Positions 53,149 through 64,000 of a DNA stretch of 64,000 bases are shown one piece after another. Source of the stretch: Marsupella aquatica (Eukaryota > Plantae > Marchantiophyta). The notes below the pieces were generated by a model. The model did not search any database. It was not told the origin of the DNA and saw only the letters and a program-made list of their open reading frames with translations. Location: NCBI GenBank assembly GCA_973895155.1, contig OZ316898.1:16852652-16916651 (forward strand), read 5' to 3'. The translations under genes were made by a program, and so were the position numbers. Every line of letters begins with the position of its first letter. The first letter of the stretch is position 1.

Positions 53149-55209
53149 GATTGTGTGAATTGAGTTTCTGAGTGATCAGCATGAAGACACTGAAGTAGTG
53201 ACCCTAGAGAGAAACCATCACGTATAGGGTAATCACGATTTTGTGGTGGGGTTACTAGTTTGTAACCCTTGGGTTACTAGTTAACCTTGGGGTTACTAGT
53301 TTATAACCATGTGACCAGAAAGTGAAGAAATCCTGATCCGGGGTAACCCGGGAAGTTTTTATGAGCTTTGTGGGAACAAGTTCCAGACTAGAACCGTAGC
53401 CCAAACAATCATTTTCATACTTAATACCTGCCCGAAAATAAGATTGGCAGGTACGATTTTTGGGGCATAGGGTTATGGAAATGGTGGCACCTAGTAGAAA
53501 AGGTTATACACCTTTTCTTCCTGGCATGAATTATGATAGGTAACTCAGGGCCAATTTACACAACCTCTCCCCAGATGGAGGAATATAGGTCTACCCTGTT
53601 TGGAGGACATTGTGGGATTTAATGACCCTCAAAAGTAGAGAAGTGAGTCTATATGGAAAATTAATGCACTCAGTAAAACAAAGAGAAAAATCACAAAATC
53701 TATATAGCCTCCCTTCTTTTGAAAAGGGATTATGCAAAGCATCCTAAATGTATTAACTGCAAAACCTATTATGTTTTAACCAAGTTTTCAACTTACTAAT
53801 GTTCTCATTAGCTGTTTACCTACATTTCAATTACCTAAACTGAAAACTCTGTGCACCTGAAAGAACTGAAAACATGCACGGAATGAAACAAATATTTACA
53901 TCTAATAATGTGTTTGGAAATTTTGAGACCTCCGCGACGGCAAAGTATTCGAAGCGCTTATTGTGACAAGAGCAGTGCTCTCTGAAAAATAGGATTTCTC
54001 AATAATACCCTCTTTAATTAAAATCTGAGGTAGCTTTGCTGCAGCAAAATAAGTCAAAGCCCTTCTTAACACAAGAGCCACACTCTATGGCAAATAGGAT
54101 TCTGTCTATAGAGCAATGCTCAATGAAAATCAAGCTTTTCCCCCACTTTTTGTAGTGAAAATTGTTATATATATTGGGTTCACGGGTCATTGTGTTGCCC
54201 CCTTTTGTGGGATTTTTGCAATCTAATATAAACATAAAATATCCTTGAGGAAAAATTGAGTTAATTTGCTTTTGCTTATTGAACAAACAACCTGAGGCGC
54301 TATTGTGAAGAGCTTAGTCTACAAGGGAGTTTACACATAATTTTATTTACCATAAAGGCCAGATAAGCCTACAAATACTTACATACCTCACATATTTTAT
54401 GTTTCTTATTGAACTCTAATTTGTTTTTTAAAGTGACTGGCTTGAGGGAAAAGAATATTAAGAGAATACATAGAGGCTTGCAATCAATGCTGATCTGGCT
54501 GGTACATGGTACCTTTGGACAAAAATGGACAGTGGTGGTGCTTTGACAAAATACTTGTGGACAGGTGGACAAAAGTGATGATCTGACAAGGTATTTTTGG
54601 ACACAAGTGTAAAAAATAGTATCCAAACATATATGTGTGTTTGAGTCAAGTCCATCCAAGTTTGGTTTGTCCATGGGGGCTTCATAGACAACATAACAAT
54701 CCATCCAGGATTTAAGTTCCAAAAAATCACTCAAAGTTTTATTTACATTAATGTCCTGGTTATGAGGATAATGCCTCTCAAAACTTAGGCTACTGCCCTT
54801 GTTTTTTGGGGCATTATACGTTGGAATGCCCTCTAATGAGGACATTATCCTATTCAAAATGCTCCCCAAACAGGACCTTAGTACATGTATTAAACCACAC
54901 GTGCCCACATAAAGGGGGGGTGTTTGACTAAAAAAATAGTGGGAACCACATGCCATCCAAAATAGATAATTGAGATATAAATTAACTAAAATTTTATAAA
55001 GCATAGGAGGCAGAAGAAAGTATTATAAGCTCATATTTATACCCTCTAACCAATATACCCTTATACCCTCTAACCCATATGTGTGGCCTATGTTTCTCTT
55101 GTTGGCAAAAATCAGCTTAATTACACCTCACCTAATGAAGATGTGTAGTGTAACCCATCCACAAGAGGGGGTAATGATGTAATCCCAGAGGGCCAAGAGC
55201 CCAAGATTT

Positions 55210-55462
55210 TGCAATGTAACAATGAAGTGAATGGTTCAAAAATTGCACTTGGGCTTTAGGTTGGGTACATTATGGTTGGTACATTATGGTTCCAAGCAGG
55301 TTGCAATGAAACAATGAAGTGAATGGTTCAAATATTGCACTTGGTCTTTAGGTTGGGTATGGTTTCAAGCTGGTTGCAATGTAACTATGAAGTGAATGGT
55401 TCAAAAATTGCACTTGGGCTTTAGGTTGGGTACATTATGGTTCGTACATTATGGTTCCAAGC
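55210..55462. repeat. Three tandem copies of a 73-92-bp unit
   Basis: TGCAATGWAACWATGAAGTGAATGGTTCAAAWATTGCACTTGG at about 55210, 55302 and 55375. Confidence 0.9.
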
Positions 55463-56668
55463 GACCCAGCAGCCAGTGTGTTTCGAATTCGTGTTGTTAA
55501 ATGTAGCCTTTTAGATCAAGTTAGTAATAACTCAGTCAATTGGGGTCTTAGGCAAATCAAGGGCCCTGAACTTAGGCTTATGACATCGTTTTCTTAGGAC
55601 AGTATTACGGGAATAAGGCCATACGATGGACAAACCAGTGGGCTTCGGCTCTTAATTTACGTGAGAGCAGCGTCATATTTGCTCACAACATGGAAAAGGG
55701 GCTTCCCTTTGGAAAGAAGGAATGTATTGGAATCCACAGGGAACTTCACTCGTCGTCTCTCAACGGTAACGAATAGTAACATTACATTGTGAGGGGGCAG
55801 AGACTGAAAAATCTCGTAGAATTCACATTATCTCTGCTTTCTAGCTTGTACAAATAAGCTCGAATCCTAATTTTATCCAGGGTTGGCCAAATTGGTACTA
55901 ACTTCATCAGGCAGCTGAAAATCTTGCGTTAGTTTAGATGTCCGTTTCCTCAGCAATCATCAATTATTTCTTTCCTGTAAGACGTCAGACTAGAGAAGAA
56001 ACGTCTGCATAAGACCTGAGGCAAACAGGGAACTGTCCATGAGGCAGACAAAAATTACGACAGAAGGAAAATGACAAGTCAATGGAAGACTTGAGACCTC
56101 CATGAGATAGTCAGATCAGGTAGGGAAACTGACAAGGTCCAATTTGGCCTGTCACGTAGTCCGATTTCCGTCCCAGCTGGTCTATTGCACAGATCTTCAT
56201 GACAGACCCACAAGAGACATTGACACGTCAAGACTTCGGCTTTTTTCTCCCGCTCCTCTTCTGACATTTTGCGTCGTCGAGGAAAACTCTTTCTCTAATG
56301 AGATGTCTCTTTAACTGACACGTACTAATACTCCGGATCATCTGGGTTGCAGTGAAAATTTTCCACCAAAGAGATGAGCTCTACAAAACCTGAAGCCAAC
56401 TCTAACGTAGAAACAACTGCCAACATTATTGCACGCACAGTGCAGCGGCATCATCGTCTGTACTCTCTTGAATCATGAGGAGTATTAATGCACAACTTCC
56501 CAGTTGGATGAACCCTTGGGGGACTCCTCACATGGCACTTCTTCATGTATCGAAACTTCCTCATCATGGAAGTTTTTCAAGAAAAGCTCCTTTTCTTGCA
56601 TTGTTCTGGAACAATAGCTTGAATGAAAAAGAACCATCCAAAAGGACCAAGAAAGAGTTCTGTATACT

Positions 56669-59020
56669 CTACGAAAACCCTGTAACAATATTGGTCATGA
56701 GCTTCTCCTTTTGATGCATGTTCAGTCGGGGATTATTCTGACATCAACAAACGTGTACCAAATCAGCCAACTCAACCAAATTGAATGCATCATTTCCAAT
56801 AAGAAAAGCAAAAATGAAGCCAGACTGGAAGGGGATCCACCTAAAATCCCAGGACATGGACAATCAATTTGCTTCCTTAAAAAAATGACCAAAGAAGGAG
56901 CTCTGCTCAAGGCGAAGATAGAAGGGTTCTTAGCAGCATTTTGGAGCACAAATGGAGAACGAAGGATGTGCAACACAGTAAGCACAAGGCCAAGTTCAGT
57001 ACAAGCTCATGATCTTCTTACAAACCTGCAAAGTGAGAAAAGCGCGTTGGGTGAAAGCAGCCACTTCCGGAGAAAGCGTTGGTGGCAACTTTTGAGATAT
57101 TGTTTGCAGCTTCGCAATCTGCTGTCGGGCGGTCATTCGACCTGGACCCGCATATGCCTCCACTAGCTTTTCTAAGTCGGGAGCATTTGCTAATGATGTT
57201 TTCACTGCCTCCTGCTCATCAAATATGCAATTGAAAGACCACGCGCATCAGGGCAAGACTTCTACAAGCATTAGGATATGAATTTCCAAGGACAACATGT
57301 CAAACGTGGGTACTTTCTACATCGTAGATTTGAAGGGGACTTCATTTACTTCAGACTTCGTTCTTAATTGTGACTTTCAAATAAAAGAATTTAGGTTTGA
57401 TTGCACTCAGCAGGTATCAATTATAGTACCTGCCACTTTTGTTCCTGGGACAATTCCGCATCCTCGGAAAGGAAAAATGGTTTGTAACTCTGTAAATACT
57501 CCTCTAATGGCAAAACTGGTGGCTCATCAATGTCGGGATTTCTGTCAAATTCTTCCATGGCAAACTCCGGTTCAAATTGAGTCTGTAACATAAACAATTC
57601 GCGATTATGTCAACATTGACTCTGAGCAAGCTGGAATCAAAACTGCTGCATTTCTATCCAGCTCATTGTTGGAATACAGTTGATGCTCAAAATCACTGTC
57701 TTACCGAGAAGTTTTGAAGAAATTAATCACTCACAACTCCAAGGCCACTGCTTGGCTATATTAAAACTTCTCACAGAGAAAGGTTCAGCATCCGACTACT
57801 CAAAGTGCGTTCAATTGAAGGACAAGCACTTCCAGAGAGTAAACTCGATCTAATAGAACTCAGCACAGGAGGACAACAACCAAAAGCAAGAACACAAAAA
57901 CATCGGTATGGTAGCAGAAGCAGGAAATCTGACGCCCTTACCAGAAACAGTGTATGAAGTCTCTCTTTAAATGTATCCTCTGCCTGGATCCGCAAAATTT
58001 GTGCTTCTTGTTCCGGAGTCAACTCAGTTGCCACAGCAGATTCAGACACAGCCATCGCTCCTTCACCCGATCTCGGCCGACGGGGCCTATCACGCCGTCT
58101 CGAGTCAGCACTTGGTCTTTGTCTTTCGTTTCGAGATCTTTGAGGCTGTGGTGATTGGGACGGCCCAGGGGCTCGGTTGAACCTGTCAGCCAAAAATTCA
58201 GTGGCATCTGCAAACTTTTCCATGCCGGCTTTCCTCCGCCGCTCGCCCTCAGCAGCCACATTTTTCTCTATTCCCTGTTCGAGGATTGAAATGGCTCGAG
58301 CTCTGGCCTCTTCCACTGAAAGCTGCGTCCTTTGGGGACTTGGAGGACGAGGTAGGTCTCTCCTGGCTTCATCTGGCCTCCTTTCAACACGTATCGGAGG
58401 CGTGTGTAACTCCTCCGGCTCGGCTCCGATTCCAGGCTGCGTTCCAACACCTGGCTGACCCCTGCCTCGTCCCAAGGCTCCCAAAGGCATAGATGGTTGA
58501 GCTTGAAAGATGGGCTTTGGGGGAACAGCACTCACTTGCTGCTGCTGGGGCTGCTCGTGCTGCTGCTGCTGCTGTTGCTCAGATGCAGGAGGCAATCGAG
58601 AAAAAGGCATGCGGAATGGGAGCTTCGGCTTCACTACTGGAGCTGAAGATTCAGGGTTTGGAGAGCCTTGGGGTTCGGTTTGGCCACCGAGCTTGGAAAG
58701 GAGGTTCTGCACAGCACTTTTCTTGGATTCGTCAGTAGTACTCTGCAACGGATGATCGAAGTCACCACCCAACTCACTCCCTTTTTGACGAAAATCTTGC
58801 TCCTTTTGCTGTGGAACATCTCCATCCAAAGCTGCAGCGTTGGGGGGCTCTGAGGCATTCACATTTCCTTCAAGGGGAATTACCCTACCCACACTGCCCC
58901 CTACTCTCATCGCAGGAGATGGTGCTAGGATCGACCTGCCCCGACCAGAATCGCCAGGCGGAACAAGAGAAATTCCTCTCCCCCTTCCGAATCCCGATGA
59001 CTCTTCGCCCTTCGCTACAA

Positions 59021-59052
<32 letters not shown>

Positions 59053-59450
59053 GGTGTAAGAGGCAGTCCTCTCCCTCGTCCAGCAACACCAGTTCCTCGT
59101 CCTCCTCCCTGCTGAGCAGTACCAGAACTAACCCTATTTTGCGTTTGGGCACCAGTTTTCCATTCTCCAAACCTCCCGCTCGGGATTTCCTCTGCAGAGC
59201 CATCGCTCTCGCGTTGCGCCCCGATCTCCTCCAGCGGATTGCCTCTTCCAATCGCTGCTCCATCACTCGGCTGGGCCGATCCAATTCCTCCCCGCCCAGC
59301 GCCCCCCGCCCCTCCTCCTCCACGTCCTGCTGCTCCCGCATACGAGGTTCGCAGGAAAATTTTAGGTGCCAGGATTGCGCATCCTCTCAACCCTCTCTCC
59401 GGCAGGCTCGCCAGGACCGCAATTGCTCGCCGATCGCCAATTCCTCTCAT
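56669..59450 (-). CDS. At1g53645-like Gly/Pro/Gln-rich protein, probable plant mitochondrial ribosome small-subunit protein, 638 aa
   Basis: Exons 59450-57942, 57582-57430, 57211-57026, 56737-56669 (1917 nt, GT-AG, all phase 0). Arg-rich N-terminus (MRGIGDRRAIAVLASL), GRGRG motifs, polyQ, QLSVEEARARA, and a conserved C-domain FEPEFAMEEFDRNPDIDEPP...LVEAYAGPGRMTARQQ...RAFLTLQNNP. These match my recollection of Arabidopsis At1g53645, reported as a mitoribosome component. The ORF-track GTG start at 59579 was not used. Confidence 0.88.
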
Positions 59451-59598
59451 CGAATTGTCGTTCTTCGACCGAGGAATCTCCTCGATCGATCGAATTGAAG
59501 CCCCTTCAGCACCAGAGCTTGTTCGTGCCTTCGTTCCCGATCGAATTCGTTTTTTCGACTCCCCGAGTTTTAACCTCACTTCCCTTTACGAGGCCACT

Positions 59599-60080
59599 CT
59601 CCCATGACACTACCCCTGACACTACTACAGTCTACCTCGTGTAAGTGCAAGTACTGTCTACTGCGTGTAAGTGCAAGATGGTGTGTAACTCTCCCACAAC
59701 ACTAACACTGAAACTACTACAGTCTATCGTGTGTAAGTGCAAGTACTGTCTACTTTGTGTCAGTGCAAGATGGTGTGTAACTCTCCCATGACACAACCCC
59801 TGACACTACTACAGTCTACCGCGTGTAAGTGCAAGTACTGTCTACTGCGTGTAAGTGCAAGATGGTGTGTAACTCTCCCACAACACTAACACTGGCACTA
59901 CTACAGTCTATCGTGTGTAAGTGCAAGTACTGTCTACTTTGTGTTAGTGCAAGATGGTGTGTAACTCTCCCATGACACTAGCCCTGACACTACTACAGTC
60001 TACCTCGTGTAAGTGCAAGTAATGTCTACTGTGTGTAAGTGCATCATGGTGTGTAAGTGCAGGCTCTCCGTGTCTAAGTG
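59599..60080. repeat. 92-bp tandem array (about 5 units) with A/B alternation
   Basis: Unit starts CTCCCA at 59599, 59691, 59783, 59875 and 59967 (exact 92-bp period). Internal GTGTAAGTGCAAG subrepeats. Confidence 0.95.
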
Positions 60081-60299
60081 CAAACTGCAGGCTTGTGGGA
60101 AGACGCCTCAAGCCTGCACTTGTCCATGGTGTGCACTTTGTTATAAGTGCATGGCATAAAATTTATGCACTTCTCCATATGTGCATAATGGGAAATTGGG
60201 TATGTACTTATTCAATATGTGTTGTCAAGTCACACACACACACATGCAAGTCCTCATACCCTGAGCCCTCAATGTGTAAGATTAGATTGGATAAGTTCA

Positions 60300-60690
60300 T
60301 GAAACTATTTTATGTAATTGTCTATAGTATTGCACTTATCAATAAATGCTTCCTATGTATGAGTTGTGGTAACTGATAAATGCATGTGTCCACCTATAGA
60401 CAAAAGTGCACTTATGTATTTGCTGTTTAGTGCTCGTATTTGTTGTTTAGTGAGGGTCTACCTGCATATGCAAACTGCAATTTTGGTGCATTACAAGGGA
60501 ATTGCTAAATGCTGGCCTGCAACTTAACCACGGAATGCACTTATGTAACATGCAGTTATGCGCAGTGGACTGTACCACATGACCATTGGGAAAATAGGTG
60601 CTGGCCTGCACTTAACCACGGAATGCACTAGTGTACGCTGCAGTTATGCACGGTGTACTGTACTACACGATCATTGGGACAATAGGTTCA
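60300..60690 (+). repeat. Dispersed repeat (homologous to 12900-13210) with internal duplication of about 90 bp
   Basis: TGCTGGCCTGCA(A)CTTAACCACGGAATGCAC occurs at about 60510 and 60599. Confidence 0.65.
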
Positions 60691-62879
60691 CGCATGCACT
60701 GACAATGTAAACAATGATAACCAATATTTAACATTAAATGCTGAGAAGTATTACTGTTAGTTTCTATTATTTACACTTCCATGGCCTCTTTGGACTCTTT
60801 CCTCTCAAAGTTATTGGTAGTTTCATGCTTTGGGCACATGTTTTCCCAAGTTGCTGACAATTCCTAGTTTATGCCTGGTTTGAACCTTTTCATTCAGCTG
60901 CTGACTGTGATATTATTCAGGTTAGTAGTTTCTGGGTTTGATCTTTATCTTTCTTGAATGTTTATTGACTTAGCATTCATGGAAAACACTCAAATTGAAT
61001 GCTCTCTTGTATTTAATACTAGTGACTTACACCAATCCAATATAATACCACTGATGCATTTATGCACTTCTTGGAGAGCTACATTCTTGACTTTGAGAGT
61101 TTAGGAAAGGCACGTTTAGAGTTTAGAAACTTATCCAGTGGGATATATAACTACTCTCTCATGATCCTATTGATAACTACTCTCTTCTTCCAACCCTCAC
61201 TCATCCTCTCATGATCCTATTGTTTGCGGGAAAAAAGAAGAGATTCAAAACATTTCGGTGGCTATTTGCTTTGTTCAATCAACCTTCAAATGCTCACTTT
61301 GAGCCTCAACCCTATAAGCAACTGGATGGATCAAGCTAGGCAGCACATAAGTGGGAAATGAGAGTGCACTCAAATCTCACATTAATAAACCAATAGGGAC
61401 ACCATGATAGTCAAAGAAAACCCTGAAAAATTCATCGTATGAGAGAGTAAGTGCAAAGAATGAGGGACGGAAATGCCTGGGGGAATGCCCTTCTTCTAGC
61501 GGGTTGGAGCCAGGGCCCAGGGGGTGGCCACCATGAAACCAAAGACCTGTCCGACAGAATAGAGGGAAAGAGCCTATGTGCCTAAACAGGTGTTACCCTG
61601 CCCAAAGTTACTTTCTCTAACCCATACGAAGGCCCCGAACCAGACCAAGGCAAGATGAATATTTCGGGGAATACTTGTGTACTTAAATAAGTGAATGTCA
61701 TCCCTGACTAATTAAGGCCGGGTTTCTGAACCCTAGTAAGACCAACTAACTACAGTTAAGAACTAGAGTCAATTTCTAACAAATACTCAAGGTTGTACTT
61801 CCAAGCAATACTAGAAGAGAAGTTTGAGATGTCCAAATTGACAGCAAATATGACAATTTTGCATTTAGTCTAGGGTTACCGTTTTGTCCAAACTTATTAG
61901 AAGAATTAAATGTCATGTGTTGTCAGTGTGTACAGTCATTTTCTCTAGTGATAGGTACCCTCTTGAAGATTCCACCATCAAATGTTGTGATGGTGCAAAT
62001 GGCTAATTATGGAAGGCCAACCGAGAGCCCATGGTACTAGTAACCCTACTCCCAACAGCACTAGTTAAGGAGCACAGCCAATCCAAAAGTAAGATTCAAT
62101 TTATAGTTGCAAAGTAACACATTTCCCACAACCACACAGGATCCAAAGTTGGCCCACAAAAGAAAGGAAATCAAGTCAATAACAGTGGGATGTCATTAAA
62201 GGCCATGGAGGCAGCACTTAGCTCTATTTTGAGTGATCAAATCAATTGGATCGTTAGTCACTCACACTTTGCTTCACATAATGGTAACAGTAATTTGCCA
62301 CTTTCATTTTCCCAATCTCCATCTGAATCCTACGTAGCAGACAGTGGGCCACAATTTCTGCTGATGTGGAGGTAACTTTTATTCATAAAATATAGACCAC
62401 CTAAGTTAGGGGGACTTGATTTACAAGATGCTGGGGCCGTTCAGTGTTCTCAGATTTTAATGACTGTGGAGGCAGTTAATGGATTGGATCAAATTAATGC
62501 ATGCATGGGAACATATTCCTCATGCCAGAATGGAGACATTCGGGGATCTCAAACCAGATCTCCAACCTCAAATTTTTAATGGACCCTTAACTACTAATTA
62601 ATATGTATGTGAACATACTGTAAGGCCAGAATGAAGCGAGGAATGAAGACATTAGGGGGTCTCAAATCTCAAAAATTGAAGGACCTAAACTTTAGTAGTC
62701 AATGTTACACACAGAAAAGGTACCTACTATCAAATTTACGATCCATATTTTTCTGCCATGAGGATATCTTGGTCATAAAGCATGACAATAAGTCATTGTA
62801 GAGGCTAGTGAATTTTTTGAAATTTATTTCACATAACCCTTTGAACAAGCTATTGCCATCTATTTATTTTTACGACCAA

Positions 62880-63895
62880 ATTAAACCCATCATCCCTATC
62901 TATGAAACTGTGAGACCCTTTTGTCAGATAAAACTTGAGGCCCTATATATTGTCACAATCTGACAAGATGCTCAATACTAAACAGCAGCTAGCTAGGGAC
63001 CTGACTCTTCTAATATCATAGAGCAAAGGGCATTGACCATGCATCCATCAACATGCAATTTAGTTCCCGTGGACAATCTGGCAGCTCTCCACTGTCCATC
63101 GATCAGGTCAACATTAAGAGGCCCGTGATGAACAAAACCCTGGAATGCCAGTGTCCCACAACATGATATAGTTATGTGTGGACATTTGAACGAATTAAAG
63201 GCCCTGACTAAGTGGACTGCAAGTTTGGATTGGCAACTAGACCTCACGGTTCCCTAGCGCAACGTACACTTGGCTACCCTACTGTGCAGCCTCTGAGAAT
63301 TGTTTTTTTATGGCAGCTTATCTACAGGATTAAGACAACAGAACACTAGAGGAACCCTCAAGTACATGTCCCGTTCATGATGAGTCAACGTGGTGCACCC
63401 AATGCAATCATTCTGCAGCAGCAAGAAGACATCATTCAGTGCATTTGGACTTGCCCGGTCTCACAGCTGATCTGGAATTGGGTACACTTTACCCTCGGGT
63501 TGGCTCCAACCACTGGTATTGCAAATCTCAATCTGCGACCAATGCAAGTCACATCTTTGTGGCCGATACTCTTCAGACGAGCGAAATGTCCCTGGTAAAT
63601 TGTGGCATATCTTGCGGGCCATTGTGAGCTGGAATATTTGGAAAGACTGGAGCTCTCACTTCATTGAGCACACTAGGTTTAACCCGCATGCTGTCATTCA
63701 TAATTCTTGGCACCAGCTGGGAGTTTACCTTTGGATGGACTGGGCCCGACATCAGGGATGGGAAATCCACCCTGGAAAAGGCCTACATGGATATCTGTTT
63801 TGACTATGGGGCACATGCGGGCTTGTGGGAAATACATCTTGACACACTCCAAGTCCCACCCTTCCCACCCAGTCCCCCATGAATTTTCAATTTAA
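62880..63895 (+). mobile_element. Degenerate LINE ORF2 3' end (zf-RVT region)
   Basis: FLWQLIYRI near 63305, QEDIIQCIWTCPVSQLIWNW near 63420 and LWHILRAIVSWNIWKD near 63600 match the zf-RVT and WxIWxxRN motifs of plant L1 elements. Frameshifted. Confidence 0.75.
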
Positions 63896-64000
63896 TTTGT
63901 TTCATGATTCTTCACTGCAGATTGACCAATAGAATATAATCATATCACAGAGCCACTTAATGGTACCTTGATGGAACCTGAGTACTGGCCAGCCTTATAG

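Noticed and set aside
54369-55004. 211-aa minus ORF, and an NPGW motif near 54700 as a possible last exon of the At1g53645-like gene
   Set aside because: No domain motifs and AT-rich repeat-like context. A better last exon with a proper acceptor lies at 56737-56669.
56485-56688. ORF with QEKELFLKNF as an alternative last exon
   Set aside because: Its acceptor is out of phase with exon 3 and it lies in the predicted 3' UTR.
57771-57941. C-terminal part of the 602-aa ORF
   Set aside because: Read-through into intron 1 (GTAAGG donor at 57941). Homology continues in the exon at 57582.
59451-59579. 43-codon N-terminal extension from a GTG start in the ORF track
   Set aside because: GTG starts are a bacterial-code artefact here. 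The first ATG (59450) gives a presequence-like N-terminus matching the family.
59599-60080. CRISPR-like array
   Set aside because: Units are wholly repeated with no unique spacers, the context is eukaryotic, and there are no cas genes.

Overview
Eukaryotic land-plant nuclear DNA (probably a bryophyte such as a liverwort; inferred from gene content, GT-AG introns and L1-type LINE remnants), not a prokaryotic window. About 1-40 kb is gene-free repeat terrain: decayed LINEs, several MITE families (two with clear target-site duplications), LTR-like and SINE-like fragments, minisatellites, and three heavily decayed minus-strand coding remnants of unknown origin. About 40.6-59.6 kb holds three spliced genes that I reconstructed by hand with intact phase: a CSLA mannan synthase (+, 8 coding exons, 542 aa), a plastid-targeted YjbQ/UPF0047 protein (-, 9 exons, about 228 aa) and an At1g53645-like RGG/polyQ mitochondrial protein (-, 4 exons, 638 aa). 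A 92-bp higher-order tandem array abuts the 5' end of the last gene. I found no well-supported novel multi-gene system. The best leads are the decayed ORFs (one possibly OB-fold/RPA-like), the promoter-proximal array, a candidate poison micro-exon in CSLA and a divergent YjbQ subtype. Family assignments rest on recalled motifs; no database search was run.
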